DNA of 64,000 nucleotides from the NCBI GenBank assembly GCA_023383795.1, contig JAHDYJ010000001.1:31266-95265 (forward strand). The letters are read 5' to 3'. Source of the DNA: Burkholderiales bacterium (GTDB taxonomy: Bacteria > Pseudomonadota > Gammaproteobacteria > Burkholderiales > SG8-39). The position numbers and the translations under genes were made by a program. The notes below the pieces were generated by a model. That model was not told the DNA's origin and made no database searches. It saw only the letters and a list, made by a program, of their open reading frames with translations. This document shows, one piece after another, positions 43,962-51,657 of this stretch (positions are counted from its first letter, which is position 1; every line of letters starts with the position of its first letter).

Positions 43962-46316
43962 CTACTTCAGCACCACATCGATCTCGCCGTCTCGCTCGAG
44001 ACCGCCATCGGCCCCGAACTTCAGGCGAACATCGCGCGACTCACGGCGACCACGCGCGACGATGCCGTGGACGCTCGACTCCAGGCGCGAGAGGGCGATC
44101 GCGCGAAGCTCGGTGGGCCGCCCGTCCTCGGTGCGCAGCCACAGCGCGGTGCCCGCGAAGTCGAGATCGAACAGACTGGTAGGCGCGCCGCGCGGCAGCA
44201 CGAGGCAGTCGACGCGATTGCCGCAGATGATCCGGATGCCCACCGCGGCGCCCGTCTGCGTCACCTCGACGGTGGGAACGGCCGCATCGGTGGGGGCCGG
44301 CTTGATCAGCGTTGCGGCAATCATGGGACCACCGGTCGTCTGCATGCGGCAAACAGGCGCCGGAGAACGCTCACCGTAGCGCGGCGACACCCAGCCCGCC
44401 AGCGGCTCGCGCGAGCCTTCGACGAGTTGCAGATCCCCGTGTGCCGCGCTCAAGGCGACGAGCAGCCGCGCATCGCCGGCCCGGGCGAGGATCGCGCGCG
44501 CGTCGTGACGCCCCGCGGTCGCATCCGGAGCGAAATGCAGCGAGAGCCACGCCCGCTCCGCGATCGCGGCCGCGGGGAGCAGATCGTACGCGACCCAGTA
44601 GTGACCGCGAACGTGCACCACGCCTCGCACGTGGCCGCCGTAGGGCGTCTCGCTTTCCACCGTGGCCTCCGCCCAAGAGAGGCCGCCGCCCGTGGCGAGC
44701 GGTCGCATCTCGACTGCGGCCTTCAGCCCGCCCGACGGAAAGTCGCCCGGGCCGCGATCGAGCGGATCGCGGCCTTCGATGTAGAGCGCGTTGTGCGCGG
44801 CCGCTCCCAGGAAGTGCGCGCGCCAGGCGGGCTCGCCTTCGGGCCAGCGCTCCCTCGCCGAGCGGTACGTGAAGGTTCCCGCGTCGACGATAATCGGGTG
44901 GCCGCGGAGCCGCAGATAAACCGACAAGAGGTCGGCGTGCATGTGCCCGGGATTCGAGAGACGGCCGGGAACCGGGCCGGTCCGGAAGGCGAGGCAGCCG
45001 TCGAGATCGGCGTCGGGCAGGACGGCGAAGCCGCCGTCGGGAAACGCGATCGGAGCGTCATCGACGCCGCTCGCGCCGGGGCCGGCGAGCTTGCCCCCGA
45101 GGAGCCACTCTGCTCGCTCGCGCCCCGGCGCATTCGCGCGCGACTCCGCAACGCGCCCGTCGAAGAGCGCACGCAGGATCTCTCGATGCGCGGCTGCGCC
45201 GACGCCGTCGAACTCGTCCAGCGGGAAAAGGTGCGTCTCGACGCAATCGCCGATGGCGAAGGACTTCGCCTCGGGACCGGCGAGCGCCGCCTGGAACCTG
45301 AGCATCGCCTCGAGTCGCGCTTCGACCCACGGCTCGAGCGCGATCCCGTTGCGCCCTGCAAGCAGCACGATCGCGGTGAGCATCTCGCAGACTAGTTCGT
45401 GGTAGTGCACCGAGTGCTCGAAGCTCGTGCCGTCCTCGAACACCTGCCGGCGAAGCTCGCGCCAGAAGAGCGCCTCGCCGTCGAGCCGCCACTGCCCGGC
45501 CTCGCGGAACTCGGGGTAGAGGATGCCGAGGTAGAACATCAGGAATCCGTCGGCGAGCAGGTGGTTGTTCGGCGCTGACGTTCCGAGCCGCGCGTGAACA
45601 AAGCGCGCGTCGGCGAGCAGGATCCTGAAGAGCCCGAGCTCGAGCGCGGGATCGGAGTCGCCTGCGCCGGCGAGGAACGCCAACGTCCACGTCAGCGCGA
45701 CCGACCGGTGCACCGCAATGAGCGGGCTGGAGTAACCTGCCGCTCCGGGCACGCCGTCGGTCGCCCGTGTCCACGATTCGACGAGCTGTCGCAGCACCGG
45801 AACCGCTTGCGCGCCGTACGCTCGGGCGCGCGCGAGCTGCACCGCGGCCAGCAAGTGGTGCGCCTTGTGCTGCGCCACGGTGTCGCGGCCAGGCCCGAGC
45901 GGAAGCCTGTTCCAGTCGGGAAGATCCGGCGCACGCCGCGCCGCATCGCCGTCCGAATAGACGTAGCGCTGCCAGTCGCCGGCCGCCCGCATCGCCTGGG
46001 CGCGGCGGTCGGGCCGCTCGGCCGCGAGCCGCGCCGCCAGCGGCGCGACCTCGGCCTGGTCCAGGAAGAAGCGCGGCGCCGCGCGCTCGCGGAAGTGCGC
46101 GGCGAGCAGGTCCCGCGCATGTGCGGCATCGCCGGATCGCACGGCCTCTCTCACGCCTGCAAGCGCGGGCAGGTCGTCGCGCAGCGCGCCGATCAGCTCG
46201 GCGTCGGAGCAGAGTCGCACCGCGCTCGCCGCGGACGGCTCCGCGAAGCGACGCAATGCCGCCCGGCCGGATCGCGCGGCGCGGCGGATGCGGGTCAGCA
46301 GATCGGTCTTCGCCAT
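43962..46316 (-). CDS. Heparinase II/III-family protein (no signal peptide)
   Basis: 784 aa. NNHLLADGF, EHSVHYHELV and NPGHMHADLLS match the alpha-toroid plus beta-sandwich heparinase II/III / alginate-lyase-like family. The N-terminus MAKTDLLTRIRRAARSG has no signal. Confidence 0.8.
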   Translation of the reverse strand: MAKTDLLTRIRRAARSGRAALRRFAEPSAASAVRLCSDAELIGALRDDLPALAGVREAVRSGDAAHARDLLAAHFRERAAPRFFLDQAEVAPLAARLAAERPDRRAQAMRAAGDWQRYVYSDGDAARRAPDLPDWNRLPLGPGRDTVAQHKAHHLLAAVQLARARAYGAQAVPVLRQLVESWTRATDGVPGAAGYSSPLIAVHRSVALTWTLAFLAGAGDSDPALELGLFRILLADARFVHARLGTSAPNNHLLADGFLMFYLGILYPEFREAGQWRLDGEALFWRELRRQVFEDGTSFEHSVHYHELVCEMLTAIVLLAGRNGIALEPWVEARLEAMLRFQAALAGPEAKSFAIGDCVETHLFPLDEFDGVGAAAHREILRALFDGRVAESRANAPGRERAEWLLGGKLAGPGASGVDDAPIAFPDGGFAVLPDADLDGCLAFRTGPVPGRLSNPGHMHADLLSVYLRLRGHPIIVDAGTFTYRSARERWPEGEPAWRAHFLGAAAHNALYIEGRDPLDRGPGDFPSGGLKAAVEMRPLATGGGLSWAEATVESETPYGGHVRGVVHVRGHYWVAYDLLPAAAIAERAWLSLHFAPDATAGRHDARAILARAGDARLLVALSAAHGDLQLVEGSREPLAGWVSPRYGERSPAPVCRMQTTGGPMIAATLIKPAPTDAAVPTVEVTQTGAAVGIRIICGNRVDCLVLPRGAPTSLFDLDFAGTALWLRTEDGRPTELRAIALSRLESSVHGIVARGRRESRDVRLKFGADGGLERDGEIDVVLK

Positions 46317-46427
46317 TCGATCGGACTATGGCGGTCGCGCCGGTAGGTGCATACCGAGGCGTACTGCGCAGCCTGCGCACACGAGCGCGGGCACGCGAGC
46401 GAACGGCTCTGGCACAATCTCCACCAG

Positions 46428-47480
46428 ATGCGCGTGTACATCATCATCTTGAACTGGAACGGCTGGCGCGAAACGCTGGAGTGCCTTGCGAGCGTCTTTC
46501 GCCTCAAGTATCCGGATTTCGTCGTCGTGGTATGCGACAACGGGTCCGACGACGGCTCGCTCGAGAAGATCGCCGCGTGGGCAAACGGCGACGAGCGCGC
46601 AAGGGAGTCGCGGTTTCTCGCGATACCGCAGACGCCCGACGCTGCACGCCGGATACCGTTCGCGAAGCATGCGCGCGCCGAAGCTGAAGCGGGTGCGCCA
46701 GCGACAACCAGACTCGTGCTGATCGACAACGGCGCGAATCTCGGCTTCGCCGGCGGCTGCAACGTCGGTCTCCGCTTCGCCCTCGGGCAGGCTGACATGG
46801 CGTACGCTTGGCTGCTAAACAACGATGCGGTGGTCGATCCCGAGGCGCTCAGCGCCCTCGTCGGTACGATGAAACGAGATCCCGGAATCGGTATCTGCGG
46901 CAGTCAAGTGCGGTCGTATGACAAGCCTAACGTGATCCAGACACAAGGCGGGACACTGAATCGATGGCTTTGTACGACTCATTCGCTGGCCTGCGGGGTC
47001 GAGGTTGCTTCCGCACCCCCCGCGCCGTCGCAGGTCGATTACGTTCCCGGCGCATCGATGCTCGTCTCCCGGGCGTATCTGGAAAAGGTCGGGCTCATGG
47101 AGGAATCGTACTTTCTCTACTTCGAGGAGATCGACTGGGCCGAGCGGGGAAGAAGCTCGTTCCGACTCGCGATCTGCCCGGAAAGCGTCATTTATCATGT
47201 CGGCGGCGCGAGCATCGGCACTCGCGACGAGAAGGGAGAGCGGGGCGTTCGGTCCGAGTACTTTCTGCTCCGCAATCGACTCGTGTTTGCGCACCGCTTC
47301 TACAGACGCAGGCTGATCACCGTCTACGCCGGATTCCTGGCCTCCATTGTTAGCCGCTTGGCCCGAGGGCAGTGGTCTCGCGCCCGGATTGCGTTCCTGG
47401 CGCTGATCGGCCGCGCTCCGGCCGTTGGGACGCAAGCACCTCCTAAGCGCCCTGCATCATACGGAAGCTCCGCGGATTGA
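46428..47480 (+). CDS. GT2 glycosyltransferase (rhamnosyltransferase-like)
   Basis: Start at ATG 46428: MRVYIIILNWNGWRETLECLASV, VVVCDNGSDDGS, NLGFAGGCNVG, LLNNDAVV, and EEIDWAERG. Confidence 0.88.
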   Translation: MRVYIIILNWNGWRETLECLASVFRLKYPDFVVVVCDNGSDDGSLEKIAAWANGDERARESRFLAIPQTPDAARRIPFAKHARAEAEAGAPATTRLVLIDNGANLGFAGGCNVGLRFALGQADMAYAWLLNNDAVVDPEALSALVGTMKRDPGIGICGSQVRSYDKPNVIQTQGGTLNRWLCTTHSLACGVEVASAPPAPSQVDYVPGASMLVSRAYLEKVGLMEESYFLYFEEIDWAERGRSSFRLAICPESVIYHVGGASIGTRDEKGERGVRSEYFLLRNRLVFAHRFYRRRLITVYAGFLASIVSRLARGQWSRARIAFLALIGRAPAVGTQAPPKRPASYGSSAD

Positions 47481-48778
47481 GACACGCACTTTTCGTCGTT
47501 TTCCACTATCCGCCCGAGGCGAGCAGCAGCGGGGTCCTGCGGACCCTGAAGTTCTCGCGCTACCTGGCGGATTTCGGCTGGCGCGTGACCGTCCTCACGC
47601 TCGAGCGCAAGGCCTACGAAATCACCGATGAGCGACTCGAGGCGCAGGTGCCGGACTCGGTGCGGGTGGTACGCACGGCTTACCTCAACACCAAGCGGCA
47701 TCTCGCGATTCGCGGGGTGTACCCGGCCGCGCTCGCGGTGCCCGACACCTGGATCGGCTGGTTCCCCTGGGCGGTCGCGGCGGGCCGCAGGATCCTCGGC
47801 GAGGACCCGGTGGACCTCGTCTTCTCGACGAGCCCCCATCCGACCGCGCACCTGATCGGCCGTGCCCTCGCACGGCGCGCGCGAGCGCCGCACGTCATCG
47901 ACTTCCGCGATCCGTGGCACGAGGAGCCGCCCGAGCGCGGGACGCCGGCGGTGGTGGCGTGGGCGGCGCCGCGCCTCGAGCGCAGGGTCGTCCGGTCTGC
48001 CGCGCACGTCGTCACCAGCACCACCGAGCTGCGCGACCTGCTGCACGCGCGCTACGCCGATGAGCGCGCGGAGAAATTCACGGCGATCCTGAACGGCTAC
48101 GACGAGGCCGACTTCGCCGCGCTGCCCGAGCGCGCGCCGGCGCGCACCGACCGGCTCGTCGCGGTGCACGCCGGCAACATCAACGCCGAGTTCCGCGACC
48201 CGTGCCCGCTGCTCGAGGCGATCGCGCGCGCGAACGCCGAGGGGCGGCTCGACGCTTCGAAGATCCTCCTGCGGTTCATCGGCGGCGGGCCGTATGCAGA
48301 CGCCGAGCGGATGCGGAAGTGCGTGGCGGACACCGGGCTCACCGGTGCGGTGGAGTTCGTGCCGCGCGTGCCCTACGCCGAAGCGCTGGCGGCGCTTGCG
48401 AGCGCGGACCTGCTGCTGCTGCTGCAGGCTTCCGAGGACACGGTGTCGCTCGTGCCGGCCAAGCTCTACGAGTACCTGCGCTCGATGCGCCCGGTGCTTG
48501 CGCTGGTGCTGCCAGGGGCGACAAGCGAAGTCATCGCGCGCACGGGCGGGGGCTGGCTCGCCGATCCGCGCGACGGCGCCGCGCTGCAGAAGACCGTCGT
48601 CGAGATCTACGCGCTGTGGCAGCGGGGCGAGCTCGCCGGCCGGCACGCGAGCATGGAGGCGCTGCGCCAGTTCGACCGGCGGCGGCTCACCGGCGAGCTC
48701 GCCGCGATCTTCGATGCCACGGTGGACGCCCGGGCGCGCCGCAACGGCATCGCCGCGGGCAACGCGGGCAGACTCTGA
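47477..48778 (+). CDS. GT-B fold (GT4-like) glycosyltransferase
   Basis: TTG 47477 overlaps the upstream TGA (TTGA). ALFVVFHYPPEASSSGVLRTLKFSRYLADFGWRVTVLT N-terminus and C-terminal VPAKLYEYLRSMRPVLALV. Confidence 0.78.
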   Translation: MRHALFVVFHYPPEASSSGVLRTLKFSRYLADFGWRVTVLTLERKAYEITDERLEAQVPDSVRVVRTAYLNTKRHLAIRGVYPAALAVPDTWIGWFPWAVAAGRRILGEDPVDLVFSTSPHPTAHLIGRALARRARAPHVIDFRDPWHEEPPERGTPAVVAWAAPRLERRVVRSAAHVVTSTTELRDLLHARYADERAEKFTAILNGYDEADFAALPERAPARTDRLVAVHAGNINAEFRDPCPLLEAIARANAEGRLDASKILLRFIGGGPYADAERMRKCVADTGLTGAVEFVPRVPYAEALAALASADLLLLLQASEDTVSLVPAKLYEYLRSMRPVLALVLPGATSEVIARTGGGWLADPRDGAALQKTVVEIYALWQRGELAGRHASMEALRQFDRRRLTGELAAIFDATVDARARRNGIAAGNAGRL

Positions 48779-48786
48779 GCGCCGCC

Positions 48787-49767
48787 ATGCCGCAGTCGAT
48801 CGCCGCCGCCCTCGCCCGCGCGCTCGGGAGCGTGCTCTCGCCGGGCGGCGCGCGCGGGCGCCTGTCGATCCTGATCTACCACCGCGTCCTCGCGACCCCC
48901 GACGCCCTCCTCGACGGCACGATCGACGCGGCGAAGTTCGAGGAGCAGATGGCACTGCTTGCGTCGGGCTTCAACGTCCTGCCGCTTCGCGAGGCCGTCG
49001 AGCGTCTCGTCGCGGGGAACCTGCCCGCCCGCGCCGCATGCGTCACGTTCGACGACGGCTATGCGGACAACCACGACGTCGCGCTGCCGATCCTCAAGCG
49101 CCTCGGCGTTCCCGCGACCTTCTTCGTCGCGACCGGCTTCCTCGACGGCGGCCGCATGTGGAACGACACGGTCGTCGAGGCGATCCGACGGGCGACGAAG
49201 CCCGCGCTCGAGCTCGCGGAGATCGGCCTCGGTCCCTTCCCGCTCGGCTCGACCGCCGAGCGCCGCGCGGCGGTGCACGCGCTGCTGCGGGCGATCAAGC
49301 ACCGGCCACCCGCGGAGCGCGCCGCAGCGGTCGAGCGGATCGCGGCGACCATCGGCACCCCCCTCCCCGACGGCCTGATGATGACGAGGGAGAAGGTCCG
49401 GAACCTGCACGCCGCCGGCATGGAGATCGGCGGCCATACGGTCACGCACCCGATCCTCACCCGGATCCCGGACGAGGAAGCCGAGTGCGAGATGGCCGAC
49501 GGCAAGGCGGTGCTGGAGGAAACAATCGGCGGACCGGTGAGACTCTTCGCCTATCCGAACGGCGTTCCCACCAAGGACTTCGCACCGAGACACGTGGCGC
49601 TCGCGAAGCGCGTCGGGTTCTCGGCCGCCGTCACCACGTCCTGGGGCGCGGCGCGGTCCGACTCCGACGTGTTCCAGCTCCCGCGCTTCACGCCTTGGGA
49701 TCGCCAGCCCGCCAGGTTCGGCGCGCGACTGCTCCTCAACGCGCGCCGGCCTGGTATCGAAATCTAG
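48787..49767 (+). CDS. Polysaccharide deacetylase (CE4/NodB homology)
   Basis: ATG 48787. ILIYHRV, VTFDDGYADNHDVALPILKRLGVPATFFV, IGGHTVTHPIL and FAYPNG. Confidence 0.88.
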   Translation: MPQSIAAALARALGSVLSPGGARGRLSILIYHRVLATPDALLDGTIDAAKFEEQMALLASGFNVLPLREAVERLVAGNLPARAACVTFDDGYADNHDVALPILKRLGVPATFFVATGFLDGGRMWNDTVVEAIRRATKPALELAEIGLGPFPLGSTAERRAAVHALLRAIKHRPPAERAAAVERIAATIGTPLPDGLMMTREKVRNLHAAGMEIGGHTVTHPILTRIPDEEAECEMADGKAVLEETIGGPVRLFAYPNGVPTKDFAPRHVALAKRVGFSAAVTTSWGAARSDSDVFQLPRFTPWDRQPARFGARLLLNARRPGIEI

Positions 49768-49801
49768 TAGGTTCTAGAAACGAGATCTCTTCTGCAGTAG
49801 A

Positions 49802-50980
49802 TCATCTCTTCTGGCAATCAATGACCGTCGCATCGCCGATGCAGTCGTAGACGACCGCGCCGGTCGGCGGCTCCTGCAGGAACTCGAACCGCACCCGATC
49901 CGGGGTCGAGATCGTCAGGACCCAGCCGGGTGGCGGCGGCTCCGGAGGATCCGGCGGGTCGCCGAATGCGTGGGTCCAGCACCAGATCTGCGCGCTACGG
50001 ACCCAATCAGTGCCGGCGAGAACCCCCGACCCCGAGCAGAAGCCCGCACCGGGGTCGAAGATCGCCGCGCCTACACGACGTATGCCCGGATAATCCACAA
50101 GGACAGTCCCGGGTGGTTCCGGGATGTGCTCCCATGCCCACGTGCCGATGTGAAGAACGGACACACTGCCGTCCACAGCACCGTGCCCGCCATAGAGGTA
50201 GACAAGATCGTTGATACTGTCGTAAGCCATCTGGCTGAAGTACCGGCCCGACGGTGGATCCTGCGCCGTCACGCTCGTCCAGGCCATCGTCACCGGATCG
50301 AACAGCCACAGGTCATTGAGTATCTTGTAATCGCTGGAGACACCGCCGAAGAGAAGGAATCTGCGCAACGAGGAAATGTACAGAAGCTGTCCCTGCGTGC
50401 GGTTTCGCGCGGGCATCGAGGCGGGCGCATTCACTTCCCTGTACGTACGGTTCCGGAAATCGAGGACGAGTGTCTTGCGCCCCGGATAGCCGGTGTGCGA
50501 CCCCGCAAACACGACGAACAGATCGTGGTCGGGCGACGTCGCCGATCCGGCGCCCCCGGACTTGGTTCGCGCCTCGATCCCGTCGAAATCGGCATTGGTC
50601 AGGATGCGCCACGTCCGCGTGATCATGCTGAAGGCCATCGGATTCGGCCCGATAGTCCGTCCGCCGTCCATCGCGAGGTATTCCTGGTTCACGTGATCCC
50701 AGCCGAAGATCTGCAGGTCGCCGTTCTGCGGGTCGGGCGTCTGCGAGGCGTTCACGTACACCGTCTCCAACGTGTTGGTCCCGGGGTCGTAGCACTGCAG
50801 ACTGCCCCCGTAGCCAAGGGCGCAGTGCCGGCCGTCGACGGTGTTCTGAACCCAGTCGAACCATCCACCACCGGGATTCAGCATGCCGCCGCGGTTGCTC
50901 CACTCGTTGCCCCGCGCGTCGCCTGGAGGCAGCGCCATCAGGACCAGCAGCGTCGAGAACACGAACGTCGAGCGCTTCAT
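49802..50980 (-). CDS. Secreted Kelch-repeat beta-propeller protein; function unknown
   Basis: Signal peptide MKRSTFVFSTLLVLMALPPGDA and SD GGAGGAG. Kelch strands RFLLFGGVSSDYKILNDLWLFDPVTMAWTSV and LVYLYGGHG. A Pro-rich linker DPPDPPEPPPPG is followed by a small 2-Cys tail. GC is about 52-57% in hand-counted rows. Confidence 0.82.
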   Translation of the reverse strand: MKRSTFVFSTLLVLMALPPGDARGNEWSNRGGMLNPGGGWFDWVQNTVDGRHCALGYGGSLQCYDPGTNTLETVYVNASQTPDPQNGDLQIFGWDHVNQEYLAMDGGRTIGPNPMAFSMITRTWRILTNADFDGIEARTKSGGAGSATSPDHDLFVVFAGSHTGYPGRKTLVLDFRNRTYREVNAPASMPARNRTQGQLLYISSLRRFLLFGGVSSDYKILNDLWLFDPVTMAWTSVTAQDPPSGRYFSQMAYDSINDLVYLYGGHGAVDGSVSVLHIGTWAWEHIPEPPGTVLVDYPGIRRVGAAIFDPGAGFCSGSGVLAGTDWVRSAQIWCWTHAFGDPPDPPEPPPPGWVLTISTPDRVRFEFLQEPPTGAVVYDCIGDATVIDCQKR

Positions 50981-51230
50981 TTGCCCTCCTCCCCTTCTCC
51001 GGCGCCTGCTGGCGCGGGAGCCCGGCCAACGGCGCCGGCAGACGAGACCTCGGCGGTGAAGCTACCCCGCGGCCGGCGAATCGTCAATCCGCGTCCGCCA
51101 TGCGAGGGCGTCGAGAGCCGGTGCAATCCGGGTGCGGCCGCCGCCCGGTCACCGTTCACATTCCCGACGGTTGGCAAGCGGCCGATTTGTGTTGTACGCT
51201 GGATTCGAAGGTCCGTCCGAAGGGGGAGCC

Positions 51231-51578
51231 ATGAAGCTCAAACGCGTTCGGGCAGCGGTCTGCGCCCTGATCGCCGCCGGTTTCACGTCATTCGCAACTG
51301 CTCAATCGTCGGACGACGACGCCAGATTGAAGGCCTACGGGAAACGCCTGTCGTCCCAGTGCACGAACTGCCATCGGATCGAAGGCAGCGACGACCGGAT
51401 CCCCTCGATCGCGGGCTGGCCGACCGAGGAGTTCATATTCGTCCTCAAGGCCTACCGGGATGGCGGGCGCGCCGAGCCGACGATGGCGGCTGGCGCCCAT
51501 CGGCTAGACGAGAATCAGATGAAGGCCCTTGCGAGCTACTTCGGCTCGCTCAAGCCTTCGGGTCCCCGGCTGCGGTAG
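51231..51578 (+). CDS. Small periplasmic c-type cytochrome (class I-like)
   Basis: ATG 51231 with SD GGGGGAG. Signal MKLKRVRAAVCALIAAGFTSFATA, a single haem motif CTNCH and a downstream Met (PTMAAG). Confidence 0.8.
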   Translation: MKLKRVRAAVCALIAAGFTSFATAQSSDDDARLKAYGKRLSSQCTNCHRIEGSDDRIPSIAGWPTEEFIFVLKAYRDGGRAEPTMAAGAHRLDENQMKALASYFGSLKPSGPRLR

Positions 51579-51580
51579 TT

Positions 51581-51657
51581 GTGATTCCCGCGGAAGCGGG
51601 AGGCCAGCTCGTGCGCGAATCAACGATCCACTGGATCTCCGCTTTCGCGGGGATGAC
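51581..51657. repeat. Two REP-like palindromes
   Basis: 51581-51605 GTGATTCCCGCGGAAGCGGGAGGCC and 51631-51657 CTGGATCTCCGCTTTCGCGGGGATGAC. The second lies inside the last ~13 codons of the convergent amidotransferase gene. Confidence 0.7.

Noticed and set aside
46410-46427. Perfect TGGCAC hexamer (46410-46415) upstream of the GT2 gene, considered as a sigma-54 promoter.
   Set aside because: The -12 position reads CCACC with no GC at the required spacing, and the hexamer lies only 13 nt from the ATG.
49785-49813. 10-bp direct repeat ATCTCTTCTG (49785-49794 and 49804-49813) and palindrome GAGATCTC at the AT-rich junction after the deacetylase gene, considered as insertion scars or att-like sites.
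   Set aside because: The repeats are very short, one copy is inside the Kelch CDS, and no integrase or transposase is nearby. They are noted only as a boundary of the low-GC segment.
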